Below are positions 23,265-37,044 of a DNA stretch of 64,000 bases, piece after piece. Position 1 is the first letter of the stretch. Every line of letters begins with the position of its first letter. The DNA lies in contig CM059432.1 in the NCBI GenBank assembly GCA_030390025.1, positions 95,544,001-95,608,000 on the forward strand. Reading direction: 5' to 3'. Made by a program: the position numbers and the translations under genes. A model generated the notes under the pieces. It saw nothing but the letters and a program-made list of their open reading frames with translations, had not been told where the DNA came from and did not search any database. Source of the DNA: Squalus acanthias (taxonomy: Eukaryota).

Positions 23265-23590
23265 CGTTTTTCGGATGAGACGTTAAACCAAGGGCCTGTC
23301 TGCTCTCCCAGGTGGACGTAAAAGATCCAACAGCACTATTTTGAAGAAGAGCAGAGGAATTATCCACGGTGTCCTGGCCAATATTTATCCCTCAATCAAC
23401 ATCACTAAAAACAGATTATCTGGTCATTATCACATTGCTGTTTGCAGGAGCTTGCCGTGTGCAAATTGGCTGCCATGTTTCCTACATTGCAACAGTGACT
23501 ACACTTCAAAAAGTACTTCATTGGCTGTAAAGCATTTTGGGACGTCCTGAGGTCGTGAAAGGTGCTAAATAAATGCAAGTTCTTTCAAGT
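23265..23590 (+). mobile_element. Deu-domain SINE, 5' truncated
   Basis: Colinear with 20535-20824. Confidence 0.82.
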
Positions 23591-24705
23591 CTTTCTTTGC
23601 ATAGCTGATGCACCTGCAGTATTCATTTGAATCCAATTGTCAATATGACAGTTCAGTAACTGAACAGCTCAAAAGGCCTATCTGCTCTCTTTCAATTTGC
23701 TTCTCATTATCCTTACCTGTTGATCTTGGTATTTGCAAAAATATTTTGAAAATGAAGAGTTAATAAAATCTCAGTAGTAGTCAGACTTGGACAGAATCCA
23801 GTATCCAATTGGATTCTTTTTGGACGTGTGTGTTTGAAAGTAATACATATTGCAAATATTGGCAACCTGCTCTCTCGACCTGAGTGTGCCTGGTCCTAAA
23901 GCCATTTCTTGGATTTGCTGTTTTGGTATAGTCCTGAGCACTCTGATCTCTCCTCCTGTGGGCTTCATGTAAAGGATACAGGGAATCTGCTGGATGCAGC
24001 AAGATGTAAAATAGCAAATAAAACTGTGCAGTGTTCTAAGCTACGACGGACCTTGGAGACACTGGATTCAAAGCTCCCTCTATCATGTCGCTCCTAGTTC
24101 CCTTGAAAGCACCAAATTGTGAGCAAACATCCTATCTAACTTTGAAGTTAAAATGCTAATGCCATGGCCTAGCTCTCTAACAGGCCTAGAACATTAGCTG
24201 CAGTGATTGAAGTCAGCAGACTGAGCTCAGAGCTTGACCCACCTCGTTAATGAGGTTTCCCACTGGAGATAATACAAAGGACACTTGGATTTATTTTTCT
24301 AGTGTATGACACACTGAATATTACTGTAAATCTTTGAGTTTAATACACCTCTATGCAATACATCATCCTCACACTTTGCACCACGAATCTTCAATAAATG
24401 TAGTACCTGTGTATAATATACTCCCAGACTTTTGGCTGTTGAAAACTGTTAAAATAAATTGGATTCATTCCGATCTTTCCGAATGCCTTTCATCAGTAAA
24501 GAAATAACAACAAATAGAATTCAGCCAGCGACAATTCACAACTCCGACCTTTCGGTGTATTTTTCACGCATGCACGAATTGGCGTCATCAGGTGAATCCA
24601 AAATAAATCCCGAGATTTAGGAGTTCCACTGTGAGTGATGCTTTATTTCACTTAAATCGCGTCTCTCACGATGCATTCGTGAGAGTTGGCAATACCTCTT
24701 CTTCA

Positions 24706-24915
24706 CCTGGCCAATATTTATCCCTCAAATCAACATAACAAAAACAGATTATCTGGTCATTATCACATTGCTGTTTGTGGGAGCTTGCTGTGCGCAGATT
24801 GGTTGCCGCGTTTCCCACATTACAGTGACTCCACTTCAAAAAGTACTTCATTGGCTGTAAAGCGCTTTGAGATGTCCGGTGGTCATGAAAGGAGCTAATA
24901 AATGCAAGTCTTTTC
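24706..24915 (+). mobile_element. Deu-domain SINE 3' half
   Basis: Colinear with 20640-20824. Confidence 0.8.
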
Positions 24916-25756
24916 TCTCTGCCTTCTCCCATTAAAGTGTCTCAATAGGAATTTAGCCTAGTGTAGGGGTCAATCTTGTGTTTACTACCATGTGGCACCA
25001 CACTGCCTTAATACCTAGAAATATATAGAAGTTACAACATGGGAACAGGCCACTTGGCCCAATCAACCAGTGTTGGCATATGCCCTCCCCATGAGCAAAT
25101 AGTCCTAATCATGTGTAACACAAGCAACCCCCATTTACCCTAACTCACTGTTTTCTCACGTCAACAAACTTTCTTTCTATGCTGCTATACTTCCTTTTCT
25201 ACGACACAACTAAATTTTTCCACCAAGTCTTTTGTGAGACACCTTATAGAATGCCTTTTGAAAATCCACATATGCTGCAACTTCTTCAAAAAAAGCTCTT
25301 AAACTTGACCCTTAATTAATTTGTAAATACTCACTAATTTTATCTTATTATATGGATTCGAAGAGTTTGCACACAATTGATTTAAATTTGCTGACTTTGC
25401 TAAATCCGGCTGCCAGGAAGATCCAGTTAAAGGAAAAAATGGTGTCTTCCCAATGTCTGGAATTTAGTGAGATTGGAAAGTTTGCATCACGCATGTCTGT
25501 GGCTGATGTGAACTGCGCTGCAGGAGGCAGCTGTGCAAACACAGCACTGACACTCATTTTAAAAGGACCATGCAAGATTCTTGAGTGGCCCAAGAGAACT
25601 GCTTTCCTAAATTTACCCTGCACTCTTACCACTGGTTTCTCTGAACTGGGCAGCCAAGTGCATTCCAGGTTTTGGCCATACTCTAAATGAAGCTGGGAGA
25701 GAGCAAAGAAGTCCTGGACTCAACGTTCTTTTAAAAAAAAATAAAAAAATTATATT

Positions 25757-25930
25757 TGTTTATGGGATGTGGGCATCGCTGGCAAGGCCAGCATTTATTG
25801 CCCATCCCTAATTGCCCTTGAAAAGGTGGTGGTGAGCTGCCGCCTTGAACCACTGCAGTCAGTGTGGTGAAGGTACTCCCATAGTGCTGTTAGGGAGGGA
25901 GTTCCAGGATTTTGACCCAGTGACGATGCA
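25757..25930 (-). mobile_element. Probable non-LTR retrotransposon 3' fragment
   Basis: Resembles a LINE 3' end recalled from shark DNA; no second copy in this window. Confidence 0.45.
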
Positions 25931-26710
25931 ATCAACAAAGCAATAGAATTTTACTCAATATAGCCGGAACAGGATACTCATCAAAGAAGGCTATACTCAA
26001 ACTATGCAATGTTCTGGTCAGACTGCACCTTGAGTTTGCATCTAGTTTTGATCACTGAGATACAAGGGAGACATTGAAGCATTTAAGGCACTGCAGAGTA
26101 AAGCTCATACCTAGTGTCTATAAGTTATGAGAAGATGCTGGAGAAATTTGTATTTTCCACCTTGAAAGGAGTTGTCTGTGAAGCGATCTGATTGAGGTTG
26201 TAAATGGTATGAAAAATTACTTTAAATTGTGAGAGTAGGGCGTTATCTTGTAAAATTGGTCAGTGCACAACGACCTACTGAATCCTTGAAGATTGTGCTG
26301 CGAATGCTGCAGTGTATTTAGTGGCCACAGTTAGACCTGTGGCACACACCAAGACAGAGCGGAAAAACTAGTTTTCCTGACTGCCAGTCAAACAAAATGT
26401 GATATATTTGCCTTCATCTGGATGCTCTGTTGGTGTCAGCAGCTGAGGGTCAAAGTGCAGGTAGCTGCAATTGGGTCTGTTAAATTGGAGTGAGACTAAC
26501 TTAGTTTGGTTTTAAAAGTAACCTATTTGGATTCACAGTATCTCAACCTGAAAAAGAAACATGGTTTCTTGTGTTTAAATGAGTGTGCAACTTACTTGAT
26601 CAAAAATTCTAGTCCTAACATTTGCCTGATGTCCAAAGTCTGAAGAAAAAAGTGTAACAAACTGATTGAAATGTAACAGCACTGTGCAGACCAAACCCAT
26701 TGAAAGTAAT

Positions 26711-26906
26711 GGGAGTAGATTTTACAATGTAACAGTCTGGGGTTGGGTTCCTGGCTTTATACAGCACTGCAGACATTAAATCTTTATCTTTGGGATGTTG
26801 GATTTTATCAGGAGTTCCAGGGGTTTGTGACCTCTGCTTCCGAATTTCAAATATGAACTTTCACGTGAATCCTAGTGCTAGACTGTTGCATTGTAAAATT
26901 TACCCC
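26711..26906. mobile_element. Harbinger-like MITE (196 bp)
   Basis: ~26-bp TIRs GGGAGTAGATTTTACAATGTAACAGTC / GACTGTTGCATTGTAAAATTTACCCC; flanks AAT and AAA. Confidence 0.7.
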
Positions 26907-27670
26907 AAAACAACTCTCCTCACTAGGGAATTGATGATTATGTGAGGCTTGAGACAAAGCCAATTAGAAATCTTACTTCTGGCATCAAGAGTAAAGGGAC
27001 ATCGGTTAATACTGGTGAAGGGAAAGTTTAAGACAGATGTCGGGAAGAATTCTTTCATGCGAAGAATGATCAAAACTTGGAATGGTCTTCGGGTTAAGAT
27101 GGTGCAGGCAAAAATATTGGACTCATTCAGGAGTTATTTAGTTAACAAGATGGTGCAGGCGGGCAAGTAAGTCTTCTAGATCGCTGAGCTAAGAGGCCAA
27201 AAGTTTTTGTTGAAGATATAGACTTATTTAATGCAAAAGAAAGTTGAACTAACCAGATATCCTTTGTATAGTTTACATAATAAGATGCAGCCATAGCAAA
27301 ATGGATTCAACATTGGTAGATAGATTTGATTGTGGATTTAATTTAATGTGGTCATTTACCCAAATGTGACATTTTGATCAGTTATCTTCCTAAGCTGTAG
27401 AAAGTTAATGTGCCTTTGGGCGTTCTTTTAGATTTAATCCAACCTAATACATTTAAAGGAAGAAAGATTTTACTGGTATAACGTTACATTGGTTGCAGTT
27501 TCTCTGGTGATTGCAAAATTATTGTAATAGTTATGCGAGGGGTGGGGGTGCTGGGGTAACAGCGCTAGTTGAAACCATTTTATGTTCTGCAATTGTGCCC
27601 ACTTTCAATACTATTTTGAAAGCAGTGAGCTGAATGCATGATTGTTTAATGTTTCATTGCCTCATTTCAG

Positions 27671-27730
27671 ATTTATTGCGATTCTGACAGACTGGCACTG
27701 TCTTGCTTCATGTTATAAAATAACTACCAG
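27671..27730 (+). other. Candidate internal exon (60 nt) of the host transcript
   Basis: Acceptor CCTCATTTCAG, donor CAG|GTAACT in non-repeat DNA. Confidence 0.45.
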
Positions 27731-28397
27731 GTAACTAGATATGTATCTTTAATATAAATTTTAGCTAGGCTAGGGCACTGGGAATTTTAAAATTGCAGCC
27801 ATGGCTGTTGCTCATAAGATTTCCTTTGTCCTTCCTGTTTTGAGAGTTTGTAGGTAGAGCAAATGCACAATTCTTTCTAGAGGTATTGCAACTTAATGGC
27901 AGAGAAATTCTCCAGTCTCTGACATTTGATGGCATATGATGACTGCAGATGCATAAAAGTCAGGTTGGCCAACCAGAAATAAGATTTCCAATTGGCTTTG
28001 TCTCGAGCCTCACAATCAGCAACTCCCCAGGCTGTTGAGAAGATTTTAAAGACATTTTCCTATTGTGTTCTATAAAAAGCAGCTTGGACCAGATAAATTT
28101 ACTGGAACTTTATGCCTTGTGTTTAGTTCACTGGTTTTGAGTGTACTTCTATATCATTACTATATCACTATCACTATAACTCAGTGAAGGATGAAGCTTG
28201 CTAGTAAAGAAACTCCGCTTAAGAGCTCTTAATATTCAAATACTAATCTTCTTTTGGTTTTGGGAAACAGTTTAAATTATTGCTGAAGGTTAAGCACTGT
28301 ATTGCTCTTCATCTGATTTAAAAAATATTTTTTACAATAAGTACAATTTGTAATGTTCCCTGAAAATTATGGTGGTCAGTGTGGTATTTATCTTTTT

Positions 28398-31042
28398 ATC
28401 AGTAAGGAAGGATATTAGCTCTGATGATGTGGAATCTGTATGGGTAGAGCTGAGAAATACCAAGGGGCAGAAAATGTTAGTGGGAGTTGTATACAGACCC
28501 CCAAACAGTAATGCTGAGGTTGGGGATGGCATTAAATGGGAAATTAGAGACGCGTGCAATAAGGGCACAGCAGTTATCATGGGTGACTTTAATCTATATA
28601 TAGATTGGGCTAACCAAATTATAACAATACTGTGGAGGAGGAATTCCTAGAGTGTATACGGGATGGTTTCCTGCACCAATATGTCGAGGAACCAACTAGA
28701 GATCAGGCCATCTTAGACTGGGTATTATGTAATGAGAAAGGATTAATTAGCAATCTTGTTGTGCGAGGCCCCTTGGGGAGGAGCAATCATAATATGATAG
28801 AATTCTTCATTAAGATGAAGAGTGAAGTAGTTGACTCAGAGACTAGGGTCCTGAATTTAAATAAAGGAAACTACGATGGTATGAGGTGCGAGTTGGCTAG
28901 GATGGATTGGGGAACGTTACTTAAAGGGTTGACGGTGGCTAGGCAATGGCAAACATTTAAAGATTGCATGGATGAACTACAGAATTTGTTCATCCCTGTT
29001 TGGCATAAAAATAAAACAAAAAAGGTGACTCAACCGTGGCTAACAAGGGAAATAAGATCCAAGGAGAGGACATATAAATTGGCCAGAAAAAGCAGCAAAC
29101 CTGAGGATTGGGAGCAGTTTAGGATTCAGCAAAGGAGGACAAAGGGTTTAATTAAGAGGGGGAAAATAGAGTATGAGAGTAAGCTTGCAGGGAACATAAA
29201 AACTGACTGTAAAAGCTTCTATAAATATGTGAAGAGAAAAAGATTGGTGAAGTCAAGCATAGGTCCCTTGCAGTCAGAATCAGGGGAATTTATAATGCGG
29301 AACAAAGAAATGGCAGACCAATTAAATACATACTTTGGTTCTGTCTTCACAAAGGAGGACACAAATAACCTCCCAGAGATGTCGGGGAACATCGGGTCTA
29401 ATGAGAGGGAGGAACTGAGTGAAATCAGTATTTGTAGGGAAATGGTGTTAGGGAAATTGACGGGATTGCAGGCCGATTAATCCCCAGGGCCTGATAATCT
29501 ACATCCTAGGGTACTTAAGGAAGTGGCCCTGGAAATAGTAGATGCATTGCTGGTCATCTTCCAAAATTCTATAGACTCTGGAACAGTTCCCATGGATTGG
29601 AGGGTAGCTAATGTAACCCCACTATTTAAAAGGTGGTAGAGAGAAAATGGGGAATTATAGCCTGACATCGGTAGTGGGGAAAATTATGGGGATGTAAGCC
29701 TGACATCGGTAGTGGGGAAAATGCTAGAGTCCATTATAAAAGATGTAATAGTAGAGCACTTGGAAAACAGTGACAGGATCGGACAAAGTCAACATGGATT
29801 TACAAAAGGTAAATCATGCTTGACTAATCTACTGGAATTTTTTGAGGATGTAACTGGTAGAATAGATAAGGGAGAACCAGTGGATGTGGTGTATTTGGAC
29901 TTTCAGAAGGCTTTCGATAAGGTCCCGCATAAGAGATTAGCGTGCAAAGTTAAAGCACACGGGATTGGGGGTAAGGTACTGACTTGGATAGAGAACTGGT
30001 TGGCAGACAGGAAGCAAAGAGTTGGAATAAAATGGGTCTTTTTCCGAGTGGCAGGCAGTGACTAGTGGGGTACCGCAGGGATCGGTGCTAGGACCCCAGT
30101 TATTCACAATATATAGTAATGATCTAGACGAGGGAACTAGATGTAATATCTCCAAGTTTGCAGATGACACAAAGCTGGGTGGGCGTGTGTGCTGTGAGGA
30201 GGATGCAGAGAAACTCCAGTATGATTTGGACAGGTTGGGTGATTGGGCAGATGCAGTATAATGTGGATAAATGGGAGGTTATCTACTTTGGTGGCAAAAA
30301 CAGGAAGGCAGATTATTATCTGAATGGCAATAGATTGGGAAAAGGGGAAGTGCAATGAGACCTGGGTGTCCTTGTGCACCAGTCACTGAAGGTAAGCATG
30401 CAGGTGCAGCAGGCGGTTAAGAAGGCAAATGGTATGTTGGCCTTCATAGCGAGAGGATTCGAGTACAGGAGCAAGGATATCTTGCTGCAGTTGTACAGGG
30501 CCTTGGTGAGACCACACCTTGAGTATTGTGTGCAGTTTTGGTCGCCTTATCTGAGGAAGGATGTTTTTGCCATGGAGGGAGTGCAGGGAAGATTTACCAG
30601 ACTGATACCTGGGATGGCAGTAATGACGTATGGAGAGAGATTGGGCTTGTATTCGCTAGAGTTTAGAAGAATGAGAGGGGATCTCATTGAAACTTATAAA
30701 TTTCTAACAGGACTAGCCAGACTAGATGCAGGAAGGATGTTCCCGATGGCGGGGGCGTCCAGAACCAGGGGTCACAGTCTAAGGATAAGGGGTAAGCCAT
30801 TTAGGACTGAGATGAGGAGGAATTTCTTCACCCAGAGAGTGGTGAACCTGTGGAATTCTCTACCACAGAAGGCAGTTGAGGCCAATTCATTAAATATATT
30901 CAAGAAGGAGTTAGATATATTTCTTAAAGCTAAAGGGATATGGGGAGAAAGCAGGGACAGGATACTGAATTTGGATGATCAGCCATGATCACCTTGAATG
31001 GCGGAACAGGCTCGAGGGGCCGAATGGCCTACTCCTGCTCCT
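28398..31042 (+). mobile_element. CR1-clade LINE ORF2 (5' truncated, frameshifted)
   Basis: [78 protein letters not shown] tail. Confidence 0.94.
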
Positions 31043-33499
31043 ATCTTCTATGTTTCTATGTTATGTCAATCATATAGGTGGGGTCTCATACTCTTCCTGG
31101 TGTGTGCACTAGTGGGTTGAGGGTAGACTGATAACCCTGAGACATGCCATTCAAGTCACTTCAAGCATAGGATTACATTTTGCTTCATTGGAGACATGGG
31201 CCTGCTTATGGAAATGGCCTTTCACGGTGGATGTGAATAAAGTTGGGAGGGAAGCTTTAATTGTAACATTGATTACAACAGAAATGAAGCTGGCCGACAG
31301 CTGCTTAGAACTGGACCCAGTTTGGGGGAAAACACAGCTGGGAGAAAGTTGGATTTAAAACTTGCTCATGATTGAAGATTTATTTCTGAACTATTGCATG
31401 AAGTCTGTAGTATGGCTGAGAAGCATCTTAAACTTCAGCCGATTTGAATCTTGTTTTGAAAGGAAGAATTGTTTTAATGGATGGCCTGTTATGTAAAGTT
31501 TGATGATTCAGTAATTTATGGTCTGGAGGAAATTGATGTGGGCTTGGAAAATACAATGGATTTTCTAAGAAACGTCGAGTTTCAAAAAGTTAAGATTTGG
31601 CTGGAAGGTATTTTGGAAATTTGGTTTTTAAATTTATTGTAATTGCGTGAAGGTATTGCTGGCCAATAGAGGGTGCTCTGCAGCCAGTTGTCAAATAACA
31701 TTAAGGAAATAGAAATGGAGTAGACAGAAAAAATGAAGGATTGAGAAAAGAAAAAAAAAAATAAAATGCACTGGTGGCTTGTCCTACCGAACATTCAATG
31801 TTATCTAAAGGCACAGCACATTAATGAGTCAAATCATTTTTTTTTAAATGTTACAATTTATTCTTTTTGCAGACATTTTGCAGTACTAAACTTGTATATT
31901 TAGGATTTGATAGCTGTTGTTCTCTTAGTGGCTAATAGCTTGTATCTAATGCTTTATCAAATGTTCATGATAGAATTAATAACTGAAGTGAGAAATTAAT
32001 CCTAGTCAGAAATTTCAGATATTTGGACAGTTCCATATTAAGGTAAACAGAGCATGGAACTGAATATTTTTGTTTACATGTAGGCATGATGATGGTGCTC
32101 TTAAGTAGGATCAGTATTTAACTTAATAGAAGCTTCTAAGTAATGCTGTTTACTGGTTTGCAAAATGTAAGGGATTTTCTTTGTGCCACTAAAGATCAGT
32201 AACTTTTTTTTTTAAGTCTGAAATAAAATGCACAACGGATTAAAATGTTAAGTTTTAATAATACAAAACATAAATAACACCTTTGGACAAAATCTTAGTG
32301 GCCATATACTCAAATGTTTCTGTAAACCGTTACATAGAATATACAGCGAATATACAGCACAGAAACATGTTGTTCGCCCAACTGGTCTATGCTGCTGTTT
32401 ATGCTCCACACAAGCCTCCTCCCACCCTACTTCATCTCACTCTATCAATGTATCCTATTCTATTCTCCCTCATGTACTTATCTAGCTTCCCCTTAAACCT
32501 TCTATTTAGAAAAGAAAATGCCAAGTTTTAAAACAAACCCTGCACTAGGTGGTTGGATTCCTGATTAGGACATTCACAATCTTTGCATCTCCAAAGACTT
32601 GGTACTAGAAGCTTGTCACGGTATTTGAAAGTTCCATCTTGACCATGGGAGCGTAGCAGAGATAATTGGGAGGTCAGCACTTTTTGTGAAGAGGTGTCTT
32701 TTTCACAAATACTCAACATTCAGCCCATGGTGCATCCTTATCCTGGACTTTTTCCTTTTACTTGTATTCTGGCAGTTCTAAAGAGTCAGTTTAATATCAA
32801 GTAAAAGAAATCTACTTCTTACCCCTGTTCAGTTGAAAATTGAGCTACCACCAATTGTAATTACTGAGGTGAACCTATTTTATTGTGTTGGAGTTGTTGA
32901 ACATTCAGGTTCTCCTGTCTCCCTCACCCGTAGTCAATTTGTCACCGGTGGTGGAGTCTGGGGTGGGGTGGAGGTCGAGGTTAGGAAAGCCATGACCCCC
33001 TCTCTTTCCCCGCCCTGCTCCCGGGCCACAGAATTACTTAGGTCGACCAACACTGCATTGGAAGACGACATCGTTGTGCGCGCAGCCACGAAGCATTAGC
33101 TCTTTGGTCCGCATCGGACCATTTCAGCTAGTGACTGGGCAATCTCTGTGAGGCATCCCCTTGGCTGCAATTTTACAAGTGGACAAGTGAATAATGGTTT
33201 AAACTCAGCAACTATCCGCCCACTCGGCCAAACCTGACTTTGTTCGACCCATCAATCCCTTGAACTTATCTCTGCACCTGCTTGTCACCATGTATTCATC
33301 TTGTTTGATGCTATTGTATAAAGATTCATTTTTTAATATAATTTCATAACTACCATGCCTCTGCCTAGGCTAAGCTTTCTTATTTTTGTTTGTTGACAGA
33401 CTGATTCATTTTCCTGCTTCGCCCCTAAGGCAGGGGCGGGCAATTTTTGGGCTGGAGGACCACTTAACAAGTTTTGGTGAGCTGTTGAGGGCTGCACAC

Positions 33500-33620
33500 C
33501 AATGTTCCCCCTAAGGTGTGCGGCCCCACTCAGGCTGCTCACCAGCTCCTGCCGCTGGAAGAGATACCGTGCAGCAAATTTAAAGGGACCGCGCACAAAA
33601 AAAAATTAGAGGGTACATTG
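33500..33620. mobile_element. hAT-type MITE (121 bp)
   Basis: TIRs CAATGTTCCCCCTAA / TTAGAGGGTACATTG; 8-bp TSD CTGCACAC / CCGCACAC; same family as 62130-62292. Confidence 0.8.
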
Positions 33621-34717
33621 CCGCACACATAAAATGAATTGTGTTAACAACAGCTACCATTAAAATTTTTATGGCATTTATTGTATAAAGAACCCTTCAT
33701 GTCGTTTCCACTTAATAAAAATAACAACACTTATTAACATGCTAATGAACATGATACAGGTTTATGAGTTGCATTGAAAGTGCACGGTCTGTTTATTCCA
33801 AATGGTCTAAATTCATTCTTATAGTGGAAAATGAGAGATCAATTCTGCTTTCACTGGCAATTGTAAACCAGGTATATGGCACAATCAAGGATAAAATCAT
33901 TTATACAATCTTTAAAAATTTCACATGAAAGTGCTACTTTGATGCTTTTGAAACCTTGCTAAGAAATAATTAGCTGACTTGGAAAATGATTTATATTGCA
34001 AATTGCGCCCCAGATCAGCCCTCAAATTGGGCTTGCTCATTGTCCCCGTGCTATCACTCCTGAGAAAAGCCAGGACGCCTATAGAGTTTGTGGACTTTCA
34101 CTTGAGAATGGGTGTAATGCACCATTATAATACATGTTTCTTTCCCGAGTGCTATTTATTACTGGGACTGGTCAACGACAAAAATCTCTACAACCCTCTT
34201 CCAGTCATGACAAACTTAAATTGTTCATGGTAAAAAGTGCTTAAATTAAAAACTGCAAATGCAATATTCAATTTACCCGGCTCCATTGAGTTATGCGTTC
34301 ACTATGCTAATTAAGTGGGATAATATTTAAACGGGTGAATAATTGTGCAAGAATTAATAACCCCACTAACAGTCATTGGTGAGAGCAAAGTATTAAATTG
34401 GTAAATTTGAAACAGACCAACTCAGTGTTGATCATCACTCCCACTTCGACCCTCCCAATAATTTATAAACATAAATGCAGATAGGAGTCAAATACTATCT
34501 TAAATACACAAAATGTATTGTAAAATAGTAAAATCTTCTGTTACTAAATGAACGAAATGATTGATCGATTATATGTTGTACTGAAAGTCTACGTGGCTGT
34601 TTGGCAGAGCAGCTCGAGTCTGTGAGGCTTCCGACGCGAGAGGTGTTCTCTTTTTAGTGTGCTGAGTACAGGAGCCCGAGGCTTCACAAGGCCTGAAATA
34701 TAATTGCGCGCCATTAC

Positions 34718-34862
34718 TTGGAGTCCTTGTGCTCCGGGATCCACTCCCGTGTCCAAGACGGTGATGAGAACCCCCCTCCCGTCATACTCTGGGTACGGGG
34801 AGAGGAAAGACGCAGCGCTGGTCTCTTTCTTCGGTAAAAGAGTCATCGAGATGAGCAGCCAT
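34718..34862 (-). pseudogene. TPP2: Orphan, frameshifted copy of tripeptidyl-peptidase II coding exon 1
   Basis: [49 protein letters not shown] matches the TPP2 N-terminus ([39 protein letters not shown]); GTAATG donor follows; the ATG is out of frame; exon 2 not seen. Confidence 0.85.
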
Positions 34863-36489
34863 GACTACCCTCAGACTAATGTGCAGCTCGAGCTCTGGCT
34901 CACGTTCTATTTCTGTCCCGTCCAGCGGGCCAGATAGAATGACTTGGCGGGCTGGATATGGCCCATGGGCCGTATTTTGCCCTCCGCTGCCCTAAGGTGA
35001 TTGAAGTTGAAATAATTAATTTGGGCCAAGCTACTGTTTTAACTTTGTCGTAAAGAAATTTTGTATGTGTATTGCTGGTTACAGATTCTGATTTAAAGGG
35101 GAGCAAATTGAAAGTAATCGGCCATAAATGCACTTTTTAATTAGAAAAAAGTTGAACATTTTCTACCTAGCATGTTCTCTGTACTGCTAGCCAAAAAATA
35201 GCCTCCTGGAACTTGTAAGGTCAGGTCTGCTGGTCAGAAAAGACACCCGAGTGGTGCATCTGCCTGACCGGAGATTGTATGAGTTGACCAAGGATGACAT
35301 TGTTCCTGGTCTTGGATGCCAATTCTGATGCTCAAATGTAATTTAAAAATTGCAGTATTGGATGACACTTGATGAAAAGTGGAAAGTACTGTCCATTGGG
35401 AGGGCAAGATGTGAATTAAGGATGGCTGTGACTGTCCCAACATGTAAAGTAGCCTTTCAAATTAAAAAGCACCAAAAATAGATTTACATTTGATTTAATT
35501 TCCATTTCAAAAGGGAAGGCTTCTGATTTGGTTTGAGATTTCTGTAAGAGATTATGACATCAGACTTGTTTTTGTATTTTCATCTCCTTCCCCCTTCCCC
35601 CCCCAACTTCCAACTTAAGATGGTTGAATTGGCCATTTGCCTTAAGTGCTTCTAACAGAGCTAAATTTGGATCCACTGGTGTTGGATTCCAATAAGGCTT
35701 ATGGTATTTCTCCTTCTCTCCTGTTGTCCTGGTATGTCTCTGTGAACCTACCCCTGCCCTATGCATTCTCTTCTGCCTTTCTCAGTCAGTCCACCTTTTC
35801 TTCTTGGAAATTTGTTTGTGTTCATCTTTTGTCTAGAAAATGTGATCCCTCTTGCACTTCCTGCCAGTACACTATTATTATCACATCTAAAGTTGTGGGA
35901 ACTGTTGTTACCTCTTATTCATCAACTTGAAAGTTATGGCCTAATTGATAGGTGTTTCACTTGATGTGATCTTGCCTGCGTTGTGCAGCCTCAGGACCCA
36001 GCTGTTGACCATTTTGGTGAGCGATTTGTCAACATCTTGGACGTCTCCAAAATCACTGTCAGGGTCTCGCACCAAGTACCTCTAAACAAATTGCCATCGT
36101 ATCGTCTTCCACTAAAGTTTATGTTCAAGGCTTTTTAGTTTCACCTCAAGTTGCTCTATCTATGCTGCAGTTGATTGCTTATTCTACAACTTTCTCAAAC
36201 TTCCCAGGGCTCCGTTCTCCCTCTCACCATATTCCTTCCTCCACGTCAATCATCTCCATTTATAATCCAACCCTATAATCTTTTTGATGATTTTATTTCA
36301 TATTCATCAACTTCCTTCAGATTCTTTACCTAACACTTTCAATTATAACAAATAAACCACCCATTTTAATCTCTTACCACGCATCCTCCTGACCAAGCAC
36401 AATTACTTTCACTGGATATGTAAGTTTCTCTGAGTTATGGTATTTAAACAGTAATGATCCCTGCAGATTTCTGAGCCCTGTGAATTTCT

Positions 36490-36800
36490 AAGGTGCTTCA
36501 CAGGCCTGATTATGAAACAAAATTTGGCGCCGAGCCACAAGGGAGATATTGGGACAGCTTAGCCAAAAAGGTAGGTTTTAAGGAGCTTCCTAAAGGAGGA
36601 GAGAGAGCGAGAGGCGGAGAGGTTTAGGGATGGAATTCCAGAGCTTGGGGCCTAGGCAGCTGAAGGCATGGCCACCAATGGGGCAGCAAAGAAAAGTGGG
36701 GATGTGCAAGAAGCCAGAATTTGAGGAGTGCAGAGATCTTGGAGGGTTGTAGGGCTGGAGGAGGTTAGAGATATGGAGGGATTTGAAAACAAGGATGAGG
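36490..36800 (-). mobile_element. L2-clade LINE 3' fragment
   Basis: ORF 36590-36922: ILVFKSLH..NLLQPYNPPRSL..GPKLWNS. Confidence 0.8.
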
Positions 36801-37044
36801 CCACCCTTGTGAAGACTCTGGGCAAAATGGCAGGGACAGGAATGGGGCAATAAGTGCAGCCATCTGATCTTCAAGGCCAGGTGGACCACGTTAGACTTGG
36901 CCTTGTGTATTGGCCATACCATTTCTCATGTCATACAGATATCATAATTGTTCAGCAACGAGAGATTACTCGCTGTGTAACTGTGGAGTTTCAGTTTAGT
37001 CAGCAGAATAAGGGTTCTACACCGTGAATGACCGTGGCCATTAT

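Noticed and set aside
29650..29725. Local duplication AGCCTGACATCGGTAGTGGGGAAAAT
   Set aside because: Ordinary slippage or repair duplication within a dead CR1
35200..36400. Possible decayed coding or Penelope-like sequence
   Set aside because: No motif could be convincingly reconstructed by eye
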